From positions 585,875 through 649,874 of the forward strand of contig CAXXVD010000003.1 in the NCBI GenBank assembly GCA_963662335.2: a stretch of DNA of 64,000 nucleotides, in the 5' to 3' direction. Each line of letters starts with the position of its first letter. The stretch's first letter is position 1. A program made the position numbers and the translations under genes. This document shows, one piece after another, positions 48,666-57,930 of this stretch. The notes under the pieces were generated by a model that had not been told where the DNA came from, did not search any database, and was given only the letters and a program-made list of their open reading frames with translations. The DNA comes from Chloroflexota bacterium. Lineage in GTDB: Bacteria; Chloroflexota; UBA11872; VXOZ01.

Positions 48666-49699
48666 GGTAGACTCACAGGTGAAGTGCAACATCATGCTAA
48701 GGTGTTGCCATGGGAAGATCATACACACAATTCACGTATGCAGAGCGGTGTCAGTTGGCCGGACTTCAGGCCGCGAGACTCACGCAAGCCAAAATCGCTA
48801 CAGCTCTTGGTCGCTCGCCGTCGACGATTTCGCGGGAGGTAAAACGCAACAGTTCGCGGCAAGCAGGGTATCAAGCGGAGTATGCGCAGGAGCAGGCCGA
48901 AGCACGTCGCTGTCGCGGCATGCGGCTGGAGCGAGACGCGGAATTGCGGGAGGATGTGCTGGAGCGCTTGGCATTGGGGTGGTCGCCGGAGGAAGTGTCG
49001 GGGCGCTTGGCGCATGACAGGTGCGCGCCGGTGATCTCTCACGAGAGCATCTATCGCTTCATCTACGGGCAGATTGCGCGCACCAAGGACTACTCGTGGG
49101 CAGACCTGCTGCCCCAGGGGCGGACGGCGCGGCGGCGGCGCAAGCGCAGCAGACGCAGTCCGGCCTCGTTCATCGCGCACCGGCGGCCCTTGGCAGAGCG
49201 CCCCGCGGCGGCGGCGGACCGGCAAACACCCGGTCACTGGGAGGTAGACCTGATGCTCTTTGGCAGAGGCGGTCAAGCGGTCTTGACCCTGCACGAGCGC
49301 CATTCGCGCCTGCTGCTGGCCACCCGCACCAACGGCAAGGCCGCAGAGCCGATCGCCAGCGCCATGCGCGACCTGCTGGCGCTGGTTCCGCCGGACTGGC
49401 GGCAGACCGCCACTTTCGACAACGGCACCGAGTTCGCTCGCCATTACCGCCTCCACGACTTGGGCGTACAAACCTTCTTCTGCGACACGCGCGCCCCCTG
49501 GCAGAAAGGAGGCGTCGAAAACGCCATCGGGCGCCTGCGGCGGGTGCTGCCCCGCAAGACCGACCTGGCGACGGTCTCCGCAGACCGCTTTGCGCAACTG
49601 GTGCAGGCCTATAACCACACCCCGCGCAAGTGTCTTGACTTTCAAACGCCAACCGAAGTGTTCTTGAAACAGGTGTTGCACTTGCAGTGTGAATCCACC
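48666..49699 (+). mobile_element. IS30-family insertion sequence, 1034 bp, 26-bp imperfect IRs, TTC target duplication
   Basis: IRL GGTAGACTCACAGGTGAAGTGCAACA vs IRR reverse complement GGTGGATTCACACTGCAAGTGCAACA (20/26); TTC on both flanks. Confidence 0.92.
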
Positions 49700-49720
49700 T
49701 TCCCGCGTGCGCGGGAATGA
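48710..49720 (+). CDS. IS30 family transposase
   Basis: HTH LGRSPSTISRE, WSPEE, SHESIY, GHWEVD, TFDNGTEF, PWQKGGVEN, N.TPRKCL. Confidence 0.96.
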   Translation: MGRSYTQFTYAERCQLAGLQAARLTQAKIATALGRSPSTISREVKRNSSRQAGYQAEYAQEQAEARRCRGMRLERDAELREDVLERLALGWSPEEVSGRLAHDRCAPVISHESIYRFIYGQIARTKDYSWADLLPQGRTARRRRKRSRRSPASFIAHRRPLAERPAAAADRQTPGHWEVDLMLFGRGGQAVLTLHERHSRLLLATRTNGKAAEPIASAMRDLLALVPPDWRQTATFDNGTEFARHYRLHDLGVQTFFCDTRAPWQKGGVENAIGRLRRVLPRKTDLATVSADRFAQLVQAYNHTPRKCLDFQTPTEVFLKQVLHLQCESTFPRARE

Positions 49721-49791
49721 CGGAGTCGGTCGTGCTTTTCCCATGGGCATGAGTGATTGAGCAGCCGCCCAACGTAGCAAGGACTTGAAAT

Positions 49792-50238
49792 ATGTCGCCG
49801 TTGACGAATGAGACGCCCGTGGGCCACATGGCTACGGGCCGCACGAAGAAGGTCACGTCGTACCGCACGTGGTTGTTTTCCGGTGGCTGGCCGCGGTTCG
49901 ACGGCTGGCCCGCCAAGAACGTGCACACCGACCTGGCCGCCGCCCAGCAAAGCGGCCTGCCGACCCGCGCCGCTTCCGGCGCCATGTGTCTCGGCTACCT
50001 GACGGAGCTTTTGGTAGACCTCTTTGGCGCGGAATGGCTGAGTCACGGCGCGTTCACCTCCAAGTTCATCGGCATCGTGGACGCCGGTGACGACGTTTTG
50101 TGCACGGCGCGGGTAACCGCGAGAGAGGAAACGGACTCCGGTGTGCGTTTCACCCTGGATGTCCGCTGCGAGAACCAGGACGGCGCGCCGGTGGTGGTCG
50201 GCACGGCCAGCGGCCGCATAGAGGAGAGCGAGGGGTAA
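49792..50238 (+). CDS. MaoC family dehydratase subunit
   Basis: NVHTDLAAAQQSGLP..AASG, KF...V..GD. Confidence 0.8.
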   Translation: MSPLTNETPVGHMATGRTKKVTSYRTWLFSGGWPRFDGWPAKNVHTDLAAAQQSGLPTRAASGAMCLGYLTELLVDLFGAEWLSHGAFTSKFIGIVDAGDDVLCTARVTAREETDSGVRFTLDVRCENQDGAPVVVGTASGRIEESEG

Positions 50239-50239
50239 G

Positions 50240-51847
50240 ATGCCCGGCATCGTCGTTTGCGTCCATCCCCGCGCCGCTGAGGCAGGCGCGAATGTCCTGG
50301 AAGCCGGCGGCAACGCGTTCGACGCCGCTATCGCCACCGCTTTCACGCAGATGATCGTCATACCCTTTAGCTGCGGCATCGGGGGCATGGTCTCGGCGCA
50401 CATCTACTCGCGCGAGCACGACACGCACGTGATCGTGGACGGCTGCCTGCGCGCGGGTGCGCGGGTCACGCCCGACATGTGGGCCGCGGACTACCGGGGC
50501 GAAGGCGAATTCAACGGCGAGAGCCTCTTCGACGACTTCCGCAGCACCATGGGCTACTCGTCGATTTGCACGCCCGGCGCGGTGGCCGCGTTGGGCGATG
50601 TGCAGCGCCGCTTTTGCACTATGCCCTGGGCCGAACTCCTGCAACCGGCCATACGCATTGCGCGGCAGGGCTTTCCCGTGCTGCCGGGCATGACGCAAAC
50701 GCCCGTCGAGGAGCCGGAGCCCTACAAGCCGAGCCGCGTCGAACGACTGAGCGCCACACCGGACTGCGCCGCGCTCTATCTCAAGCCGGACGGCGCGCCG
50801 TTCCACCCGGACGACACACTGCGCAATCCGGCCTACGCCGACACACTGGAACAGCTTGCGGCGCGCGGCCCGGACGACTTCTATCGCGGAGATCTGGCGG
50901 ACAGAATCGGCGCAGACTTAGAGCGAAACGGCGCGTATGTGACCCGCGAGGACCTGGCGGCCTATCAGCCGGCGTCGTACCCGCCGCGTTCCACCGCCTA
51001 CCGCGATTACATGGTGTACGGCAACGGCGCGCCGGGTGGCGGCCCGCTGCTGCTCCAGGCGCTGAACGTGCTGGCCGGGTTCGACCTGCCGGCGTTGGGT
51101 CACGGCAGCGCGGATTTCTTTTCCCACCTGGGTTCGACGTTGCAATTGGTCAACCAAGACCGGCGCGACTACCTGGGAGACCCGGATTTCTTGTCTCACG
51201 CACCGGAGTCCGCGCTACTTTCGGGTGAACGCACGGCCCAACTCCGTGCGGCGGTGGCGGCCGGTACCGTCGGCGGCGTCGCGCCGCCCCAGGAGCACGG
51301 GGATACGACCCACCTCACCGTGGTGGACGCCGCCGGCAACATCGCCTGCATCACCCACAGCAACGGCAATCACTCCGGGGTGATTACGCCCGGCGCCGGA
51401 TTCGTCTACAACAACGGCATGAACCGCTTCGAGCCCCGGCCGGGACGGGCCAGTTCCTTTGCCCCCGGCAAGGCGCGGCTGCACCTGATGATGCCGGCCA
51501 TTGCCACGCGGGACGGCGCGCCGGCCGTGGCCTGGGGCGCGCCGGGCGGCAACGCCATCCTGAGCGCCCTCGCCCAGGCCTTTACGAACGTGGTCGACTT
51601 CGGCATGAGCGCCACCGAGGCCGTGACCGCGCCGCGCATCCACGCCGAGGGCGAGACCATCTGGTGCGACGCCCGCCTGCGCACGGATACCTGCGACGCC
51701 CTGCGCGCGCGGGGCTTCACCGTGGAGCAAGACCCCATCAGCTATCCGTCGCGGTTCGCGCTGTGCCAGCTTGTCACCATCGCGCCGGACGGCACGGTGG
51801 ACGGCGGTTCCGACCCACGCGGTGAAGGGGCGGTCATCGTCACTTAA
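50240..51847 (+). CDS. ggt: Gamma-glutamyltransferase family Ntn hydrolase
   Basis: GGNAFDAAIA, CGIGG, GDTTH (Thr nucleophile), NNGM..F, GAPGG, DPRGEG. Confidence 0.92.
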   Translation: MPGIVVCVHPRAAEAGANVLEAGGNAFDAAIATAFTQMIVIPFSCGIGGMVSAHIYSREHDTHVIVDGCLRAGARVTPDMWAADYRGEGEFNGESLFDDFRSTMGYSSICTPGAVAALGDVQRRFCTMPWAELLQPAIRIARQGFPVLPGMTQTPVEEPEPYKPSRVERLSATPDCAALYLKPDGAPFHPDDTLRNPAYADTLEQLAARGPDDFYRGDLADRIGADLERNGAYVTREDLAAYQPASYPPRSTAYRDYMVYGNGAPGGGPLLLQALNVLAGFDLPALGHGSADFFSHLGSTLQLVNQDRRDYLGDPDFLSHAPESALLSGERTAQLRAAVAAGTVGGVAPPQEHGDTTHLTVVDAAGNIACITHSNGNHSGVITPGAGFVYNNGMNRFEPRPGRASSFAPGKARLHLMMPAIATRDGAPAVAWGAPGGNAILSALAQAFTNVVDFGMSATEAVTAPRIHAEGETIWCDARLRTDTCDALRARGFTVEQDPISYPSRFALCQLVTIAPDGTVDGGSDPRGEGAVIVT

Positions 51848-51966
51848 AGCCGCGCGAGCAGACTGGCCGGACACTCTTCCGAGAGCAGGCCGGACTATTT
51901 TAGGTGTGCCATGGGGCGCGGCGATTCTCGCACGGCGCCAGCTTCGCTTGAAGGGAGGAATGCGTG

Positions 51967-52773
51967 ATGAGCGCGTCCGCGATGCGACTCTCCGTGCGCC
52001 ACATCGTCCACGAGCCGAACCCGCCGCACCTGCCGTACCGGGAGGAGCACTTTGGCTACGTGCAGCTTGACGTGAGCATTCCACCGGAGCGGGCGGCGCT
52101 GGTGCTGGTGGACTGTTGGGATCGGATCATCGTGGAGAGTTTCCAGGAGCGCGCCGGGCGCATCTGCGCGGAGACGATTCGGCCGGTGCTGGCGGCCTGC
52201 CGCGCGGCCGGGATTACGGTGGTGCACGCGCCGTCGCCGCCGGTGGCGGCGAAGTTCCGGCAGTTCTGGCCTGAGCCGGAGGCCGCGTCAGAAGCAGCGC
52301 CACCATTGCCGGCCGCAGACGCTTGGCCGCCCCCGGCCTTCGCCCAGCGCCAGGGGGAGTGGGCGGGACTGCAGGCCCGGCGCAGCGGCGCGCATCAGGC
52401 GCAGCTTGACCGCATCGACCGGGACCGCTCTATCCACCCGGCGGTTGTGCCCCGCGCCGGCGACTTCGTAATCGCGACCGGCGACCAACTGCACCGGCTC
52501 TGCCGCCAACGCGGCATTCTCTACCTCTTCTACGCCGGCTTTGCCACCAATATCTGCGTGCCGGACCGGGACTACGGCCTGCGCGCCATGCGCGAGCGCG
52601 GCTATGCGCCGGTGCTGCTGCGCGACGCTACCACCGGCGTGGAGGCCCGTGACACCTACCCCACGCTGGCGTGCACCAGCGTGATGATCCATCAATTCGA
52701 ATTGCGCGACGTGGCGGGCACGGTGACGTCCGACGCGTTTCTGGCGGCCGTGCGCACGCTGCAAGCGCTGTAG
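51967..52773 (+). CDS. Isochorismatase-like cysteine hydrolase
   Basis: ALVLVDCW, GFATNICV, LLRDATT. Confidence 0.82.
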   Translation: MSASAMRLSVRHIVHEPNPPHLPYREEHFGYVQLDVSIPPERAALVLVDCWDRIIVESFQERAGRICAETIRPVLAACRAAGITVVHAPSPPVAAKFRQFWPEPEAASEAAPPLPAADAWPPPAFAQRQGEWAGLQARRSGAHQAQLDRIDRDRSIHPAVVPRAGDFVIATGDQLHRLCRQRGILYLFYAGFATNICVPDRDYGLRAMRERGYAPVLLRDATTGVEARDTYPTLACTSVMIHQFELRDVAGTVTSDAFLAAVRTLQAL

Positions 52774-52818
52774 CGAGACCCTGCGCACGTGCGCTACACT
52801 ATGAATAGCGGCTGACGT

Positions 52819-53220
52819 GTGCACTCGGAACGTGGTGTTGAGAAGAGAGACGCTTTGCGTTACGCGCTTGTGGACGAACATTTGCAAGTAAGTTACCAGT
52901 TTATTGAACAAGCGCAAGAGGAGCTTGACCGCGGGGATATTCTCCAGGCTTCAGAGAAAGGCTGGGGCGCGGCGGCGCGCGCGGTAAAGGCTGCCGCCGA
53001 AAGCAGGGGACGGAAACACAATGGTCACGCTTTGCTGCACAAGCACATCGACAGGATTGCAAGAGAGACCAAGGACAATGAACTACGGCTGCTTTTCAAA
53101 TCGGCGAATGTCCTTAACGTGAATTTCTATGAAGGATACCAGGATAGAGAAGGTGTCCAAAACAGCCTCAACGACGTGCGCGCGATTCTCACGAAGTTGG
53201 AGAAGTTGGTATACCGCTGA
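52819..53220 (+). CDS. PaREP1-like (HEPN-fold) protein
   Basis: GD..QASEKGWGAAA.AVKA, NFYEG; start uncertain. Confidence 0.8.
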   Translation: MHSERGVEKRDALRYALVDEHLQVSYQFIEQAQEELDRGDILQASEKGWGAAARAVKAAAESRGRKHNGHALLHKHIDRIARETKDNELRLLFKSANVLNVNFYEGYQDREGVQNSLNDVRAILTKLEKLVYR

Positions 53221-53234
53221 CAGGGAGGGAAACC

Positions 53235-53501
53235 GTGAATCAGGCAATTGTGCGAGATCTGAATGACATTGACGAGGATTGGACATCCGAGATTGATGTC
53301 ATACAGGGAACGCACGAAGAGATCACTGCTATCAAGATGACCCTCACGGTCCGTGGTCGCAGACGCACGGGCCTAGCGCGCGTGCTCTATCAACGTCCTG
53401 TCTTGGAGCCTGGCCCCATAGAGGTCGACCCCGTAGATGAAGCCACGAAGAAGGCGTTTGTCCAGGCTGCCAGGCAGTTCGGCATCACGTTAAGCGACTG
53501 A
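53235..53501 (+). CDS. Hypothetical protein, 88 aa
   Basis: RBS GGGAGG, 14 bp after the PaREP1-like gene. Confidence 0.6.
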   Translation: MNQAIVRDLNDIDEDWTSEIDVIQGTHEEITAIKMTLTVRGRRRTGLARVLYQRPVLEPGPIEVDPVDEATKKAFVQAARQFGITLSD

Positions 53502-53614
53502 GTTGGCTTCGATTACGTTCTGGACCCATGCCCGGTAAGTGTCTTGCGGCCGGCGGGACGAGAGTCTCTGCCCGACGTGATTCATATGCGGCTTGTTCTT
53601 CCTTCTGACGCCGC

Positions 53615-54538
53615 CTAAGGCTCGATGCCCGCCAGCCAGCGCACGAATTGCGCCGAACACCAGGCGGCCGGGTCGCGTTCCGCCAGCGCGAGCCACTCAT
53701 CCACCACCGGCCTGATGCGCATGGAGCGCAGGCGGGCGGAGCCGATTGTGCCGTACCACAGCAAGCCTTGCTCCGCGAAGCGTTCTTCCGCGACTAGGCG
53801 TTTGCCCGTGCCGATGTTGGGCCAGACGCCGCCGCGGGTCCAGCCCCGCACCTGTTTCAGCAGCGCCGCGCGCCGGGCGGGGGCGGCGCGGGCCAGCGCC
53901 CGGTGGACGAGGCGCGTCTCGACGAAGTGCACCATGGTCAGGCGTTGGCAATTTACCCCAATGAGGCAGTAGAAGACGTTCCAGTCATAGAAGCGCTGCC
54001 AGGGACTCTGGGCGGCGAACGCGCCGGGCCCCCAGGGACTTTCGCGTAGGCCGGCAGCGCCGTGATTGGCCGTGAGTGCCGCGGCGCGCGGGCCGATGGC
54101 GGCTACCGAATGGGTGTAGTGGTTGCTGCGTTGCGCCTGCGGACGGCGGCGGAAGGTCTCCGGTATCAGGCCGCAGTAGGTGGGCGTTTGCGGGATGCTC
54201 CAGAGGTCCCACACGCGGCGTCTGTCTTTCAGTTCCTGCCACGAACTGAGCGCCGGCACGGCCACGGTGCCGCTCGGCCCCGCCGCGTCCAGGAAGCCGT
54301 CGATCACGGCGTCGGCGCCGCCGAGCACCGTGCCCATGCTGCTCAGCGAACTATGGAACAATACCGTATCGCCCGCGCGCAAGCCCGCCGCGCGCAAGGC
54401 ATCGGCAATCGTCTCACGGGTTATCCGGACCGCCGGATCGCCCGGTTCGTGGTCCATGTAGCCGCTGGTGGCCGCTTGCGGCTCCACGACGGCTTTCACG
54501 CGCCGGGCAGTTTGCTCCGCGCTACCTCCTGACTCCAC
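53615..54538 (-). CDS. AAC(3)/YokD family N-acetyltransferase
   Basis: HSSLSS.G, G.IPETFR, RS.H.THS..A.G, T.VH..E. Confidence 0.88.
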   Translation of the reverse strand: MESGGSAEQTARRVKAVVEPQAATSGYMDHEPGDPAVRITRETIADALRAAGLRAGDTVLFHSSLSSMGTVLGGADAVIDGFLDAAGPSGTVAVPALSSWQELKDRRRVWDLWSIPQTPTYCGLIPETFRRRPQAQRSNHYTHSVAAIGPRAAALTANHGAAGLRESPWGPGAFAAQSPWQRFYDWNVFYCLIGVNCQRLTMVHFVETRLVHRALARAAPARRAALLKQVRGWTRGGVWPNIGTGKRLVAEERFAEQGLLWYGTIGSARLRSMRIRPVVDEWLALAERDPAAWCSAQFVRWLAGIEP

Positions 54539-54607
54539 GGCTGGCGCCTCTCTTCAGTCAGTCCGGCCATGTCCCAGGCCAAGGCGGGAAGTGGCGTAGC
54601 TGTGCCG

Positions 54608-55570
54608 TCACGTCGCGAGAGTAGCGGCCGGCGGCACGATCTCGTCGATGGCGGCGCATTCCTCCGCGCTGAGGGCAACGTCGAGCGCGCCGAGGTTGTC
54701 CTGCAGTTGCTCAAGTGTGCGCGGCCCAATGATCGGCGCGGTGATGCCGGGTTGCGCCAGCATCCAGGCGAGACCCAATTGGCTCAGCGTAATGCCGCGC
54801 GCGGCGGCCATTGCCTCCAGGGCTTCCAGGGCGTCGAACGTCGGCGCGTACGCGGCGGACGCAAAGTCCATGCCCCGGTCGGCGAAGCGCGAACCGGCGG
54901 GGGCGGCGCCGCCGCGCCGGTACTTGCCCGTGAGCCAGCCGCCGGCCAAGGGGCTGAACGGCACCACGCCCAGGCCGTACTTGCGCGTCAAGGGCAGCAC
55001 CTCCGCCTCGATCGAGCGGTCGAGCACGTTGTAGAGCGGCTGCTCCGAGACGATGGGCGCGAACCCGTGGCGGTCGCTGGTCCAGAGCGCCTCGCAGAGT
55101 TGCCAGCCGGCGAACTTCGACGTGCCAAAGTAGAGAATCTTCCCCTGCCGCCGCAGGTCTTCCAGCGTGCGCAGGGTTTCCTCGATCGGCACGGTGGGGT
55201 CCGGCCGGTGCAGTTGGTAGAGGTCGATGCGTTCGGTATTCAGGCGCCGCAGGCTGGCGTGCACCTGCTCCATGATGTGGTAGCGGCTGCTGCCCCGCTC
55301 GTTCGGGCCGTCACCCATGGGATGGAAGACCTTGGTGGCCAGCACCACCTGGTCGCGGCGGCCCCGCAGCGCGCGTCCCACGATCTCCTCGGCGTAGCCC
55401 CGGGGCTCCGAGTAGACGTTTGCCGTATCCACCACGTTGATGCCCGCGTCCAGCGCGGTGTGAATGAGCGCGATGCCGGTCTCTTCAGTGATGCGCACGT
55501 TGAAATAGGCGGTGCCCAGCCATAATGGCGAGACTTTGACGCCGGCGTTTCCTAGATTGCGATATTCCAT
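54608..55570 (-). CDS. Aldo/keto reductase
   Basis: DTANVY, LATK, IDLYQLH, PFSPLAGG.LTGKY. Confidence 0.95.
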   Translation of the reverse strand: MEYRNLGNAGVKVSPLWLGTAYFNVRITEETGIALIHTALDAGINVVDTANVYSEPRGYAEEIVGRALRGRRDQVVLATKVFHPMGDGPNERGSSRYHIMEQVHASLRRLNTERIDLYQLHRPDPTVPIEETLRTLEDLRRQGKILYFGTSKFAGWQLCEALWTSDRHGFAPIVSEQPLYNVLDRSIEAEVLPLTRKYGLGVVPFSPLAGGWLTGKYRRGGAAPAGSRFADRGMDFASAAYAPTFDALEALEAMAAARGITLSQLGLAWMLAQPGITAPIIGPRTLEQLQDNLGALDVALSAEECAAIDEIVPPAATLAT

Positions 55571-55616
55571 GGCTCTAGCTCCTTGTGGTTCCGTGTGCTT
55601 CTGCCCATCGAGCGCT

Positions 55617-55651
55617 CCCTCATCCCGGCCCTCTCCCACGGGGAGAGGGGG
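55617..55651. repeat. REP-like palindrome, family D (CCCTCATCCCGGCCCTCTCCC...GGGAGAGGG)
   Basis: Hairpin; weaker look-alikes near 29881, 30695 and 57120. Confidence 0.6.
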
Positions 55652-55721
55652 TTAGTGCGGAGGGATTCGAGAGTTCGCTACGGTTTTCTCTTTCGCTGCG
55701 TCTGCCTTAGTTTCGCCTTCC

Positions 55722-56918
55722 TTAGTAGTGTATCGGCGCCAGCGCGCCGTTGTTGGCGGCGGACTCCAGCACCGCGTCGCAGATCACGGCGGCGCGGTAG
55801 CCGTCCTCGAAATCCGCGGCGTAGGGCGCGACCGGCGAATCGTTCACGATGGCGTCCAGCAGGTGGGTCAACTCGTGCACGAAGGTGTGCTCCCAGCCGA
55901 TGATGTGGCCGTGAGGCCACCAGTACTTCCAGAACGGATGTTCCGCCTCGGTGACCAGCACCTGGCGGAAGCCCTGGGCGTGGCCGCCGGGTTCGCTGTC
56001 GCTGAGATGGACTTCAAGCTCGTTCAGCCGCTCCATGTTGAAGACGATGCTGCCCTTGGAACCGTTGATCTCGATGCGCTGGTGGTTCTTGCGGCCGTTG
56101 GCGTAGCGGCTGGCCTCCAGCGTGCCAATGGCCCCGTTCTCGAATTGCACCAGCGAGACGAAGGCATCATCCACGTCCACGGTGTCGCGCCCGCCGTCAT
56201 CGGTGGGACGCTCCTCGATGAAGGTCTGGGTGAGGCCGGAGACGGCTTGCGGCTCGCCCACCAGGAAGCGCGCCAGGTCGATGATGTGCGCGCCCAGATC
56301 GCCGAGCGCGCCGCTGCCGGCGATGTCCTTCTTCAAGCGCCAGACCATGGGAAATTGCGGGTCCATGATCCACTCTTGCAGATAGACCGCCCGGAAGTGG
56401 TAGATCTGCCCCAGTTCGCCGCGCTCGATCATCTCGCGCGCCAGGCGCAAGGCGGGCACGAAGCGGTAGTTGAAGGCGCAGGCGTGCTTGACGCCGGCTT
56501 TCCGCACCGCCTCCAGCATGGGTTTGGCTTCCGCAGCCGTGCGCGCCAGCGGCTTTTCGCAGATGATGTGCTTGCCGGCCTCGGCGGCGGCGATGCAGGG
56601 CTCGGCGTGCACGTCGTTCGGGCCGCCGTTGTCGAAAAGCCGGATGTCATCGTCCTGGATGAGTTCGCGCCAGTCGGTGCAGTAGCGTTGAAAGCCGTAG
56701 CGGGCCGCGGCCTCTCCCACCGCCGCCTCGTTGCGTCCGCAAATCGATACCAGCGCGGGCACGGCCGGCAGGGGGTCCACCATGTAGGGAATCTTCCGCA
56801 GGGCGTTGCTGTGGGCCTTGCCCATGAAGGCGTACCCCAGCATCCCCACGCCGATCTCCGGCACGTTGTCCCGGCCGGACGACTGCCCCATCGTGACGAA
56901 ACCAACGTCTTCAGACAT
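55722..56918 (-). CDS. Gfo/Idh/MocA family oxidoreductase
   Basis: GYAFMGKAH, CEKPLA, GALGDLGAHIID, WWPHGHIIGWEH. Confidence 0.94.
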   Translation of the reverse strand: MSEDVGFVTMGQSSGRDNVPEIGVGMLGYAFMGKAHSNALRKIPYMVDPLPAVPALVSICGRNEAAVGEAAARYGFQRYCTDWRELIQDDDIRLFDNGGPNDVHAEPCIAAAEAGKHIICEKPLARTAAEAKPMLEAVRKAGVKHACAFNYRFVPALRLAREMIERGELGQIYHFRAVYLQEWIMDPQFPMVWRLKKDIAGSGALGDLGAHIIDLARFLVGEPQAVSGLTQTFIEERPTDDGGRDTVDVDDAFVSLVQFENGAIGTLEASRYANGRKNHQRIEINGSKGSIVFNMERLNELEVHLSDSEPGGHAQGFRQVLVTEAEHPFWKYWWPHGHIIGWEHTFVHELTHLLDAIVNDSPVAPYAADFEDGYRAAVICDAVLESAANNGALAPIHY

Positions 56919-57218
56919 AGCGCTCCTCCATCGTTGCTCTTCGGTAGTTGTGGTAATGGTGACTCTAAAGGGGCGCATTCGTCAATGGCGCGTGGCGCCG
57001 GCCGGCGAGCGGAGCCGGCATGACCGCTGGCTACAGCCGCTAGCAGCCGTAGACCTCAGCCGACGAAATGTGTAACCTATCTACCCGAACAACGGTTACC
57101 CATGTCTCCGGTCTGTACGGGGAGAAGGTGAGGGCGAAGGGGTAGCGCTGCCGTTTCAACCGCGTTGCGCCAGCATTCGCCACACTACGCAACCGGCTTC
57201 CACATAAGGAGAGACAGG

Positions 57219-57806
57219 ATGGCGACCAGAGACGAATTGCGGGAGAGCGTCCGCCGGAGCTTTCCCGAGTTGGCGGATATCACCGACGAAACGCTGCGGG
57301 AGCAGGTGGTGGAGGCCTGGGCGTTTGCCCTCTCCCAGACCGAATTCACGGCGATCGAGCAGATGCGCGCGTCCGGCAATCCCACCACGCCCGCCATGAA
57401 GTGCGGCACCCAGGCCGACCACCTGCGCGGCGTGGCGCGCATCGCCCTGGCGATGGCGGATTCCCTTGAGCAGGTGGTGGGGCCGCTGGGCATCGACCGG
57501 GACCTGTTGTGCGCCGCCGCGCTCTGCCACGACCTCGGCAAGCCGTTCGAGTTCAGTCCCGCCAACCAGGCGCGCTGGCGGGCGGATCCGCGCAAAGTGG
57601 GCTACCCCTCGGTGCGCCATCCGGCCTACGGTGTCCACGTGGCGCTCACGGTGGGCCTGCCGGAAGCGGTCGTGCACACGGCCGGCGCGCACTCCGCCGA
57701 GGGCGAGAACGTGGAGCGCAGCCTGGAGAACACCATCGTCCACCTGGCGGACCACGCCTATTGGACCGTGCTCCGGCGGGCGGGGGCGCTGGCTGAGGAA
57801 GATTGA
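57219..57806 (+). CDS. HD domain phosphohydrolase
   Basis: DHLRGV, LCHDLGK, RHPAYG, AHS, HLAD. Confidence 0.85.
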   Translation: MATRDELRESVRRSFPELADITDETLREQVVEAWAFALSQTEFTAIEQMRASGNPTTPAMKCGTQADHLRGVARIALAMADSLEQVVGPLGIDRDLLCAAALCHDLGKPFEFSPANQARWRADPRKVGYPSVRHPAYGVHVALTVGLPEAVVHTAGAHSAEGENVERSLENTIVHLADHAYWTVLRRAGALAEED

Positions 57807-57930
57807 CGGGTGCGCGCGCAGGGAGATTGCCGCCGGGCACGATGGACTCGCGCGCAAGGATTGAATGAGGGGGCGGGCGTCGCCGCCGGCCCGCACACCG
57901 CGCCGGCGTCCAATTGCAAAGGAGCGAACG

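Noticed and set aside
53615-54538. Aminoglycoside resistance gene
   Set aside because: AAC(3)/YokD homologues are widespread with other substrates, and there is no mobile context
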